This document shows, in pieces, positions 9,808 through 18,306 of a stretch of 64,000 bases of DNA. Source of the stretch: Polyangiaceae bacterium (GTDB lineage Bacteria; Myxococcota_A; Polyangia; Polyangiales; Polyangiaceae); assembly GCA_035063585.1 (NCBI GenBank), contig JAPSGB010000016.1:23476-87475 (forward strand), in the 5' to 3' direction. A program made the translations under genes and the position numbers. The notes beneath the pieces were generated by a model that saw only the letters and a list, made by a program, of their open reading frames with translations, was not told where the DNA came from and ran no database searches. Numbering within the stretch: the stretch's first letter is position 1; each line of letters begins with the position of its first letter.

Positions 9808-10353
9808 GTGGCATCGATCGCGGACGAGCTCGCGGAGCGCCTCGCCGGATTCGCGCCGGAGCCCGGGGAAGCAGCCGCGCTTCACGCGATGCGCGGGCTC
9901 CTCGCGCGCGGCGCCGCCGCCTTCCGTCGCACCGAGTACGAGCCCGGCCACTTCACCGCCAGCGCCTTCGTGCTCTCGCCGGAGGGCGACGAGCTGCTCC
10001 TCATCGAGCACCGCACGCTCCGTCGCTGGCTCCAGCCGGGCGGTCACATCGAGGCCGTCGACGCGACGGTGCTCGACGCGGCCCGGCGCGAGCTCCGCGA
10101 GGAGACGGGCGTCACGGACGCGGCGCTCCTCGGCGGGCTCTTCGATCTCGACGTCCATCTCATCCCGCCCGGCAAGGCGCCTGCCCACCGGCACTTCGAT
10201 CTGCGCTTCCTCTTTCGGGCTGCGAACCGTGCGCTCGAGAGCTCCGAGGAGGTTCGCGGCGCGCGCTGGTGCTCGCTCGAGGAGGTCTCCCGGCTGAACA
10301 CCGACGAGTCGGTGGTACGCGCCGTGCGGAAGCTCCAGGCGCGTGCTCGCTGA
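9808..10353 (+). CDS. NUDIX hydrolase
   Basis: PGHFTASA; WLQPGGHIE...AARRELREETG Nudix box; HFDLRF. Confidence 0.9.
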   Translation: MASIADELAERLAGFAPEPGEAAALHAMRGLLARGAAAFRRTEYEPGHFTASAFVLSPEGDELLLIEHRTLRRWLQPGGHIEAVDATVLDAARRELREETGVTDAALLGGLFDLDVHLIPPGKAPAHRHFDLRFLFRAANRALESSEEVRGARWCSLEEVSRLNTDESVVRAVRKLQARAR

Positions 10354-10475
10354 TTCGTCTCGAGCGCCGCCGGGCCGCTGCCGCCTGCACGACCGCCGCA
10401 CGGGCGCGCCCCCGGTCGCGGCGCGCTGGCGGCCGCCCTCGCTCTGCTGCGCGGGTGACCTGGTCTTCCGCGCCG

Positions 10476-10628
10476 CCGACTTACGATGAGCCGTGGTCCA
10501 AGCTCCCCGTGTGTCGCGCGCGAACCGAGCCGGTCGGTTCCGCGCCGGACCGACTTACGATGAGCCGTCGTCCAAGCTCCCCGTGTGTCGCGCGCGAACC
10601 GAGCCGGTCGGTTCCGCGCCGGACCGAC
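10476..10628. repeat. Intergenic 74-bp tandem duplication carrying a REP-like hairpin
   Basis: CCGACTTACGA starts at 10476 and 10550, and CCGAC recurs at 10624. The two units differ by one base and each contains GTCGGT..ACCGAC inverted arms. Confidence 0.9.
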
Positions 10629-10867
10629 CATCTCCCTTCGACCTGAGGGAGCGGGGCTCGGCATGGCCGAGCGAGGCCGCGAGGGCTCGCGCGCAGTCGA
10701 GGTGCCGAGGCGCGCGCGGCGATTCGACGGGTGTCTTCCGGTGTTCGCGCGCCTCCCGGTTTCCTTGACGGGCCTGAAGCGTCGCGCCACGATATCTGGG
10801 CCCGAGCGGTCGCTTTCTTACGACGAGCAAGTGGCTTCGCCCGGGGGACTCGATGCGAGGACTGACG

Positions 10868-11374
10868 ATGAAGATGATTGCGAGCTTCGGTATCGTGGCG
10901 ATCCTGGTCGGCGCGCTCGCTGGCTGCAGCAGCGATGACTCCAGCGGCAACAGCGGAACGGGCGGCTCGAGCACCGGCGGCCAGGGACAGGGCGGCCAGG
11001 GACAGGGCGGCCAGGGACAGGGCGGCCAGGGACAGGGCGGCCAGGGTCAGGGCGGCCAGGGTCAGGGCGGCCAGGGTCAGGGCGGCCAGGGTCAGGGCGG
11101 CCAGGGTCAGGGCGGCCAGGGTCAGGGCGGCCAGGGTCAGGGCGGCCAGGGTCAGGGCGGTACGTGCGCTCCGTGCATGCAGAGCCAGTGTTCCACGGAG
11201 GTCAGCGCGTGTATCAGCAACACCGAGTGCGCGGCGATCCTCTCGTGTGCACCAGCCTGCAACGGGGATCAGGCCTGCGTGCAGCAGTGCATGACCGCTC
11301 ACCCCAATGGCGCCGGCCTGGCGCAAACAGTCGTGAACTGCGTACAGTCCAAGTGCGCTAGCGAGTGCACCTGA
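10868..11374 (+). CDS. Lipoprotein with (GGQGQ)12 tether and Cys-rich C-terminal domain
   Basis: Lipobox LAGC; C-terminal CxxC-rich helical module; GAGGA before ATG 10868. Confidence 0.8.
   Translation: MKMIASFGIVAILVGALAGCSSDDSSGNSGTGGSSTGGQGQGGQGQGGQGQGGQGQGGQGQGGQGQGGQGQGGQGQGGQGQGGQGQGGQGQGGQGQGGTCAPCMQSQCSTEVSACISNTECAAILSCAPACNGDQACVQQCMTAHPNGAGLAQTVVNCVQSKCASECT
10976..11160 (+). repeat. In-frame 15-bp tandem repeat x12 (GGCGGCCAGGGWCAG)
   Basis: The first 4 units use GGA and the next 8 use GGT. Confidence 0.95.
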
Positions 11375-11476
11375 GGGCGCGCCACGCGCGCACCGAGAGC
11401 GCCGGCGTCGTCAGGGCGCCGGCGCTCTCTCGTCTTGTGTGCCCCGGCGGTCGCGTCTCCGCCGCTCTGCCGGCGG

Positions 11477-12763
11477 CTAACGGAGCAAGCGCGGAAACAA
11501 GGCCTCGAGCGTCGTGACGATCGAACCCACCCCCTCCGCGAACTCGCTCGCGGAGTCGAAGTGGCAGCCGTGCGGGAGCGCGTCGAAGTCCGGCCCGCGG
11601 AGGAATTCGCCCGGATAATCCGCCACCAGCCCCTCGATGGCCGCGCGGATCTTCTGTTGGTTCGGCGCGCTGGCACCGCAGCCGGCGCCGGTGGTGACGA
11701 AGAGCACCCAGGGTGGCAGGGTGGCAAGGTGCGTCATGTAGTTCGCCTCGACCGCGTGCTTCATCGTGAGCATGTGTGACGCGTAGGTGCCGGTGGTCAT
11801 CCCGTTGATGGCGTCCGTCTCGCCTTGCACCCACAGCACCGCGTCGACCGTGTTCAGGCTCGAGAGATAGCCGAAGCGGCGATAGAGGTAGTCTCCGCTC
11901 GACCACGCGGTGATCGAGGTGCCGCCGACTCCGGTGGACACGGCGCGATGCTCCCAGCGGTTGGTCGCCGCCAAGCGGTCGAGCACGGATGGCCAGAAGG
12001 CGCGGGCGAGGCCGTGCGCGATCGGTACGACGCCACCCGGCAGCGTCGAGTAACGCTCCCACGTCACCGCGCCGAGCGCCGCGAGCGGGCTCGCCGGCTC
12101 GTCGTTGGTCGGCGAGAGGCTCGCGTCGGCGAGGAACCAGAGGCGGTCCCCCCGAGCCACCGGGAAATCCGCGGGCGCGCACGCGGTGCACTCCCAGTTG
12201 GCGGAGTTCGACTGGCCCGCGATGAACCAGCTCGGCCCGACCGTTCGCGGGTACGGCTCACCGTTCAGCTCGAGCACGACCTCGTGATCCTCGAAGCGCG
12301 GCAGCTTCAGGGCCGGCACCGTGAGCGTCGCGCGGCCGACCTCGACCACGCGCGTGTCAACGAAGAGCGGCTGGCTCGTCTCGTCGCGGATCGCGAACTC
12401 GAGCTGGCCGGCGAGCGTGACGTCGATGGTGAGCGTGAGATCCCCGAGCGGTGAAACGAACCCGGAGGCTTCGGGCGAGACCAGCGTCGCCTGCGCGCGC
12501 GCCGGCGCGCCCCCACCGCCGCCTCCCGCGCCGCTGCTGCCGCTCTTGCCACCGGCGCCGCCGCTGCCTCCCGCGCCGCTGTTGCCACCGGCGCCGCCGC
12601 CCGTGCCAGCGCTGCCTCCCGCGTCGCCGGCCGCGCCGGCGCGACCGCCCGTGGCGTGCGGTCCGGGCGGCTCACCGCCCGAGCCCGTGCACGCGAACGC
12701 CATCGCTGCCCCCGCGAGGAGCCGGAGCGAGCTCGCGACGCATCTCGTCGTTCCGAACGTCAT
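11477..12763 (-). CDS. Sialate O-acetylesterase (SASA/DUF303, SGNH-like) lipoprotein
   Basis: FIAGQSN nucleophile block, GGTSITAW and WVQGETDA; late HF; lipobox-like AFAC with Gly linker. Confidence 0.75.
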   Translation of the reverse strand: MTFGTTRCVASSLRLLAGAAMAFACTGSGGEPPGPHATGGRAGAAGDAGGSAGTGGGAGGNSGAGGSGGAGGKSGSSGAGGGGGGAPARAQATLVSPEASGFVSPLGDLTLTIDVTLAGQLEFAIRDETSQPLFVDTRVVEVGRATLTVPALKLPRFEDHEVVLELNGEPYPRTVGPSWFIAGQSNSANWECTACAPADFPVARGDRLWFLADASLSPTNDEPASPLAALGAVTWERYSTLPGGVVPIAHGLARAFWPSVLDRLAATNRWEHRAVSTGVGGTSITAWSSGDYLYRRFGYLSSLNTVDAVLWVQGETDAINGMTTGTYASHMLTMKHAVEANYMTHLATLPPWVLFVTTGAGCGASAPNQQKIRAAIEGLVADYPGEFLRGPDFDALPHGCHFDSASEFAEGVGSIVTTLEALFPRLLR

Positions 12764-12820
12764 GCGCGGTCATTGTCACACGCTCTCGGCGCGCGAGCTA
12801 CCGCGGCTCGGGCGCGGGCC

Positions 12821-13912
12821 TCACGGACAGGTGACGAAGGTCGTCTCGTATGATGCGAAGACGCGTCCGTCACTCTCGACCAGCTCGACGCGATATGCGA
12901 CGTCGTTCGCGGGCGCCCACCCGTCGGGGTCGAACGAGCTGAAGTTCGTGAAGTGGTGCTCCGTCTTCATGGGCTTCTCTTCGCCGGTCGCCGCCACGAA
13001 GACCTTGGCATCGAGCGGGGGCGTGTCCGCCGTGCCGCGCTGCACGAACCACTTGTTCGGAACCAGCGCGCGGACGTTTGGTCCGGGTCCGGGGTGGGCG
13101 ACGAACGCCGGATCGGTGGCGAGCGCCGGGTAGCTGCCGCCGTAGTGCATCGCGCTCGCGCCTCCGGTCGCGCCGAACCACACGCCCGCTCGCCCGACCG
13201 AGAGCACGTTGCGGCGATGAATCAGGTTTTGGTTCACCTCGAGCGCGTACCCGTCCACCTGCCCGACGAGCCCGAACCCGCTCGCGATGAGCGAGTCCGC
13301 GCACATCGCTGCGCCGTCCGGCGTGTAACACTTCGCCGTCGTCGGAGGAGAGTGAGAGAAAGTATACTGAAGGATCGCGGCGCATTCCTGCTCGCCCTGG
13401 GCGACCTTCGGGAGCACCTGCACCGGGCCCACGCCCAGCATCCACCGGTACAGGTTCAAGTACCGGAGCGCGGCGACTTGCCCCGCGTAGGGCACGAGCC
13501 CCGGATCGCACTCGCCGCCGGTGCCGGCGCTCCACTCGGTCACGCCGGTGGACCGCTCGCTCGCGTACCGCGCGCACACCTCGGCCTTGCTTCGCGTCGT
13601 TGGTGCCGAGACCGCGCTCGCCACGCAATCGCTGCCGCTCGGCTCGAACCCCGGCGCGCACACGCAGGCGCCGCCATCGTCGCACAGCATGGTCCCCGTG
13701 CAGGCCTCGTCGCACGGCTTACCCGTGTGACTCCCGCCGCCGCTCGAGGCCCCGCCGCTCGAGGCCCCGCCGCTCGAGGCCCCGCCGCTCGAGGCCCCGC
13801 CGCTCGAGGCCCCGCCGCTCGAGGCCCCGCCGCTCGAGGCCCCGCCGCTCGAGGCCCCGCCGCCACACGCGGCGAGGAGCGCCGCCAACCCAGCGATAAC
13901 GAAACGATCCAT
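12821..13912 (-). CDS. Lipoprotein with EGF-like and CAP/SCP-like domains
   Basis: MDRFVIAGLAALLAAC; (GGASS)8 linker; CVCAPGF; ALRYLNLYRWMLG...SHSPP...HRRNVL resembles CAP. Confidence 0.65.
   Translation of the reverse strand: MDRFVIAGLAALLAACGGGASSGGASSGGASSGGASSGGASSGGASSGGASSGGASSGGGSHTGKPCDEACTGTMLCDDGGACVCAPGFEPSGSDCVASAVSAPTTRSKAEVCARYASERSTGVTEWSAGTGGECDPGLVPYAGQVAALRYLNLYRWMLGVGPVQVLPKVAQGEQECAAILQYTFSHSPPTTAKCYTPDGAAMCADSLIASGFGLVGQVDGYALEVNQNLIHRRNVLSVGRAGVWFGATGGASAMHYGGSYPALATDPAFVAHPGPGPNVRALVPNKWFVQRGTADTPPLDAKVFVAATGEEKPMKTEHHFTNFSSFDPDGWAPANDVAYRVELVESDGRVFASYETTFVTCP
13736..13863 (-). repeat. In-frame 15-bp tandem repeat x8 (GGASS)
   Basis: Perfect CCGCCGCTCGAGGCC units on the + strand. 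Confidence 0.95.
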
Positions 13913-14047
13913 GCGCGGGACTCTATCAGAGCTCGCTCGAGCTCGAGCTCCGTCCACGCCAAGGGCGACTCCCGTTCGCCGCTCGAGTTCCAGGAGCTCG
14001 ATACGCCCGCGCAGGCCGACCTCGCCGAAGTCGCCGAGCGCTCGGCG

Positions 14048-14111
14048 GACGGTGAGACGGTGAGACGGTGAGACGGTGGCTGACGTCGCCAAGCTGGCGG
14101 CCCCCCCCCCC
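14048..14111. repeat. Simple sequence repeats: (GACGGTGA)x3.9 and a C11 homopolymer
   Basis: 8-bp units at 14048-14079; eleven C at 14101-14111. Confidence 0.9.
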
Positions 14112-14277
14112 GCGCTCGAGGCGGCTAGCCGGAAGCAGCCTGTGGCGCTGGCGACCATCGTGCGAGGGTGACCGGCGGTGTCGGCCGTCGCCCACGAACC
14201 GGGACCGACCGCCCGGCTATGGCTCGCTCGATTCTAGTGGCGGAGCGGCGAGGGCGAAAGATATGTTGGCGGGATCG

Positions 14278-15537
14278 ATGACAGGCCCACTCGGACTGCG
14301 AGCGCTTCGACATTGGTTCGTACGCATGGCCGGTCTGGGGGCGCTCACGTCCCCGCTCGTCGTCGCCTCCGAGGCGCGCGCGCAGGCCTACACCGGCAGC
14401 GAGGTCAAGCTCGCGGTCGATCCGTCAATAGACATCATGAAGGATCACGTTTCGTTCCTCGCCCTGCAGGACCGCTACGACGCGATGCTCGGCTACTTCG
14501 TCCTCACGGAGCGATTCTCGCCGCTGCGCTACGTGAGTGACGACGGCACGAAGACCTCGCGCGTCGCCCACCGCGCGGGGGAGATGATCGGCGGCGGGTA
14601 CGGCACCCCTCAGCTCGGCTTCATGGCCGGCGCCTGGATCGACTGGATCCGCGTGGGCCCCGGCCCGAGCTCTCAGTTTCAGGGGATCATCTTCGGCGGC
14701 GTCGCGCTCTACGGCTTTCAGGCGACCTACTCGTCCTTCCAGTCGCAGCAGCTCGAGCTCGACCCGTTTGGCAACTTCGGCGACAGGAAGGGGGGCTCGA
14801 GCGGCTACACGTACCGCCCCGGGGCCGGCGAGGCCGAGCACGCCTTCGACAGGGTGACCGACGCGTTCACCGTCTATCACTCGAGCGGCGCCTCGCTCGT
14901 CGTCCTGCGGGCCGAGACGCCCACCGGCGCGAGCTACGTCAGCGACGTGCGCGCGCAGCTCCAGCCGCTGAAGCAGTGGCTCGACGACGAATTCGGCCTG
15001 CCGATCATCGCGGTGCAGAAGCTCGATCCGGCCCGCGCGCTCGCCGACGCCCGCACGAGCGGGGCGCAGGCTCTGACGCAGCCGGACACGCTCCGAGCCC
15101 CGTGGGAAATCGAGCTCGGCTCGGACAACCTGCTGAACCAAGGCATCCGCGCGCACGTGCTCGGGCGCGTGAGCCCCACCGTGAGCTTCCGCAGCGCCGA
15201 GCTCGGCGTCTACCGCGACATCGACGCCCTGACGGTCGCGGCCCGCACGTTCGCCTTCTCACGCGACGACCGGGCCCACCTCAGCCTCGACGCCTTCGCC
15301 CGCTACAGCATCTTGCCGCCCGGCAAGGAGTCGCTCGGGTTCCCCGTCGCGGTCGCCGCCTCGTACAGCTACGACAGTCCCGACGCGTCGACGTTCATCC
15401 CTCTGCCGTACGCGCACGTCTTCGGCCTCCAGATCATCGTCGGCGCCCCCGACATCGCCAAGCCGGTCGTGCCCATCGTGCGGCCGAAGAAGCCCGACTC
15501 CGACGACGACGCGCGCACGACGCGAGGTGGCCGATGA
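14278..15537 (+). CDS. Secreted or outer-membrane hypothetical protein (beta-rich)
   Basis: Signal-like N-terminus ending ARA-Q; GC3-biased codons. Start uncertain (14263, 14278 or 14326). Confidence 0.65.
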   Translation: MTGPLGLRALRHWFVRMAGLGALTSPLVVASEARAQAYTGSEVKLAVDPSIDIMKDHVSFLALQDRYDAMLGYFVLTERFSPLRYVSDDGTKTSRVAHRAGEMIGGGYGTPQLGFMAGAWIDWIRVGPGPSSQFQGIIFGGVALYGFQATYSSFQSQQLELDPFGNFGDRKGGSSGYTYRPGAGEAEHAFDRVTDAFTVYHSSGASLVVLRAETPTGASYVSDVRAQLQPLKQWLDDEFGLPIIAVQKLDPARALADARTSGAQALTQPDTLRAPWEIELGSDNLLNQGIRAHVLGRVSPTVSFRSAELGVYRDIDALTVAARTFAFSRDDRAHLSLDAFARYSILPPGKESLGFPVAVAASYSYDSPDASTFIPLPYAHVFGLQIIVGAPDIAKPVVPIVRPKKPDSDDDARTTRGGR

Positions 15538-17318
15538 AGACGCTTCCGCTGCTCACGCTCGCGGCGCTCGCCGCGGCGGTCGGCTGCCAGCCGAGCCAGC
15601 CTTACGACCACTACTGGAGTGCGCAGCACTGCTCCGTGTCGTTCGACTCGACGACCGACTGGAGCGGGATGCACGTCGCGCGGGCGGTGCGAGCGTCCGC
15701 CTACCTTCGCCGCGCGAACGGCGCCTCGTCGCTGCTCGTGCAGCTCGATGGCTACGGCTCCGGCATCGCCGAGCCGTACCCGGGCGGCCCGACGGTGCGC
15801 TTCGCGGTCCCGCCCGGCAGCGGTCCGGGTGACCTCGGCGTCGTGCTCGACGCGAGCGACGTGCGCGGCCCGACGGTGGTCGCGCCCGGCACCGCGTGGC
15901 TCATCCAGACCGACGGCGCCGACACCTCGAAGCCCGAGGACAACTGGCGCTTCGGCCAAGGCACGCTCCGCGTCGAGACGCTCGCGCTCACCGAGAACGA
16001 CACGGACGATCGCGACCTCGTCTCGCTCGATGCGGCGTTCGACCTCACCGGCGTCACCGTCGCCCCGCTGTCCGGAGAAGCCAGCACCGACCCGAGCGAC
16101 GCCCCGAAGCCGGTCGGCGGCAAGCTCCGGCTTCGCTGCGCGGATCAGGCGCTCGTCGCGCCCGAGGGCGGTCTCGAGAACGACGCGGGCGACGACGACG
16201 CGAGCGTGCCGGACGGCGGCGCCGACGACGGCGCACAGGATGCGGGGGACGAGGCGGAAGCCGGACCGAGCGCCTGCGGCAAGTCCGGCTCGTGCGCGAA
16301 CCCCGCGTGCGGCGACTGTGACGGCGACACGGCGAACTTCTGCGAGACCGAGCTTCGCACGAGCGACCACTGCGGCAGCTGCGGCCGCTCGTGCGGGCCG
16401 GGCGGCTCGTGCAGCCCGCTCGGCGCCTGCGGGGGGCAGTCGGTCGCCACGGGGACGGCGACGGCCGTCGCGATCGGGTCGGCGGGCGTCGGATTTCTCG
16501 GACAGTCAGTCGGTGTGCGGTTCGCGCCGACCGGCGGCTCGCCGAACGTCCTGGCCGCGGGCGGCACCTACTCGACACAGGACGCGCTGGTGATCGACGG
16601 GGGGGATCTCTACTATGCCTCGTACGCCGGGCTGTCGCGCGTCCCGTTGCCGAACGGAGCGCCCGTCGGTGTCGCAGGCGCCATCGACCCCGACTCGATC
16701 CGTCTCATCGGCGCCACCTCGACGCACCTCTACGCGCTCACGCTGAACGAACAGGGGGCGCGCGACGTCGTGCGGCGCTACGACCGCACGACCTACACGT
16801 CCGAGCTCGTCGCCTGCCTCACGATCGGCACCTACGACGCCGCCGTGTCGCCGTCCGGCGCGCTCTTCGTGTCCACCGGCGCCGCCCTCACGCGCTACGA
16901 CGGCGTCGTCGGCGGCTCCTCGTGCCTATCGACGACCTCCGGTACGTCCCTCGTCTCCTCGACGCTACAAGAGGCCATCGTCCGCGTGGTTGCAGGCACG
17001 ACGCGCGTCTTCTACGCGCGTGCGCAGGCCGGCGGCGCGGCGGTCCTCTCCCTCGACGCGTCCGGCCAAGGCACGCCGACCTCGCTCGGCGTCGCGGCCG
17101 CCTCGCCGATCGGCGGCCCGCTGCCCCTCGCCTGCGACGGGGACACGGTGTTCTGGGCGACCGTTTCGACACCAGGGGGCGGCGCCCTCGTCGTGAGCGG
17201 CGACGGGGGCGCGCCGCTCGCGTATGCCGCGACGAACGCCGCCGTCGTCGGCCTCGCTGCGAGCCCCGCCGGCATCGCCTGGACCGACGTCACGGGCATC
17301 TTCCGCGTGTCGCGGTGA
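15534..17318 (+). CDS. Lipoprotein with Cys-rich module and C-terminal beta-propeller-like repeats
   Basis: MKTLPLLTLAALAAAVGC; ATGA overlap with the upstream gene; CDGDTANFCET...DHCGSCGRSC; repeated LYY/LYA/VFY/VFW blades. Confidence 0.7.
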   Translation: MKTLPLLTLAALAAAVGCQPSQPYDHYWSAQHCSVSFDSTTDWSGMHVARAVRASAYLRRANGASSLLVQLDGYGSGIAEPYPGGPTVRFAVPPGSGPGDLGVVLDASDVRGPTVVAPGTAWLIQTDGADTSKPEDNWRFGQGTLRVETLALTENDTDDRDLVSLDAAFDLTGVTVAPLSGEASTDPSDAPKPVGGKLRLRCADQALVAPEGGLENDAGDDDASVPDGGADDGAQDAGDEAEAGPSACGKSGSCANPACGDCDGDTANFCETELRTSDHCGSCGRSCGPGGSCSPLGACGGQSVATGTATAVAIGSAGVGFLGQSVGVRFAPTGGSPNVLAAGGTYSTQDALVIDGGDLYYASYAGLSRVPLPNGAPVGVAGAIDPDSIRLIGATSTHLYALTLNEQGARDVVRRYDRTTYTSELVACLTIGTYDAAVSPSGALFVSTGAALTRYDGVVGGSSCLSTTSGTSLVSSTLQEAIVRVVAGTTRVFYARAQAGGAAVLSLDASGQGTPTSLGVAAASPIGGPLPLACDGDTVFWATVSTPGGGALVVSGDGGAPLAYAATNAAVVGLAASPAGIAWTDVTGIFRVSR

Positions 17319-17668
17319 GCTACTGCCGTGCCGTGCCACCTCGTCCCCCGCCTGCCGGCGCGTGAGGACCAACCAGGGCCGCTCGCGGCCGAAGGGCTGC
17401 TTGCACGCCTCGGCAAGCAGGGTGAACCCGTGCGCGTAGCGCACTTGAACTGCCACGACCCACCGAGCCATCGGGTACGCGCCGGCGGGGGCGCGTTCGA
17501 GGGATGGCCCCGGAAACGCCACGGCGCGACCCGCAAGATGAAGCGCTATAGGGTTTTCGGCGTCGCGCGCTGCAGGGGACACACGTTCGCGTTCGGCGAG
17601 GCCGCTCGGGGCGGGGACGCCCCGGAGCGTCTGTCTCTTCTACGACACGACGTGGTATCAGCTCTCGC

Positions 17669-18136
17669 GTGTCCCTCCCGAACTTCCCGCTCGAAGGCGG
17701 CTGTCGCTGCGATGCCGTTCGGTTTCGGGTGACCGATTCCCCACTCATCGAGTGCGCCTGTCATTGTCACGGCTGTCAGCGTATGTCCTCGAGCGCGTTC
17801 TCGCTGACCGCAATCTGCGCCGCATCGGGCTTCGAGGTCATGAAGGGCAGCCCGGTGATCGGAGGCCTTCGCGATCCAGCGCTTCAGCATTTCTTCTGTG
17901 GCGACTGCATGACCTGGATGTTCACGAGGCCCGCGGCGCTTCCGCAGGTCGTGAACGTGCGTCCCACCCTGCTGGATGAGCGAGCGTGGTTCGCGCCGTT
18001 CATGGAGACGTACACGTCCACACGGCTTCCGTGGGCGCAGACCGGGGCCGTGCGGTCCTTCGAGGCTTTCCCGCCGATGAACACCTTCAACGAACTATTG
18101 GAGGAGTACCGATCGTGGAGAGCGGCACGCCGGTAA
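17669..18136 (+). CDS. GFA (CENP-V/glutathione-dependent formaldehyde-activating) family protein
   Basis: GGCRCDAVRF...CHCHGCQR...FCGDC. Confidence 0.9.
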   Translation: MSLPNFPLEGGCRCDAVRFRVTDSPLIECACHCHGCQRMSSSAFSLTAICAASGFEVMKGSPVIGGLRDPALQHFFCGDCMTWMFTRPAALPQVVNVRPTLLDERAWFAPFMETYTSTRLPWAQTGAVRSFEAFPPMNTFNELLEEYRSWRAARR

Positions 18137-18306
18137 AGGTGCCACTCCGCAACCCCATGGGGCCACCCCGTTTGCACGAGCAAGGGCCCAGAGGAACGGG
18201 CTGAACGACTCTCGCGTGGCGCCTCACTCGGCCGGCGACGTCGGAGGTCGCCCACCCCGAAAACATCCCGGTGTCGCTGATGGGTCACGCGACGGCGCAA
18301 AGTGGC

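Noticed and set aside
10476..10628. CRISPR array
   Set aside because: The units are near-identical over their whole 74 bp with no unique spacers, there are only two copies, and no cas genes are present.
17320..18300. Integron cassette around the GFA gene, or a small gene at 17328-17582
   Set aside because: There are no attC-type RYYYAAC/GTTRRRY boundaries and no integrase, and no frame gives a convincing protein.
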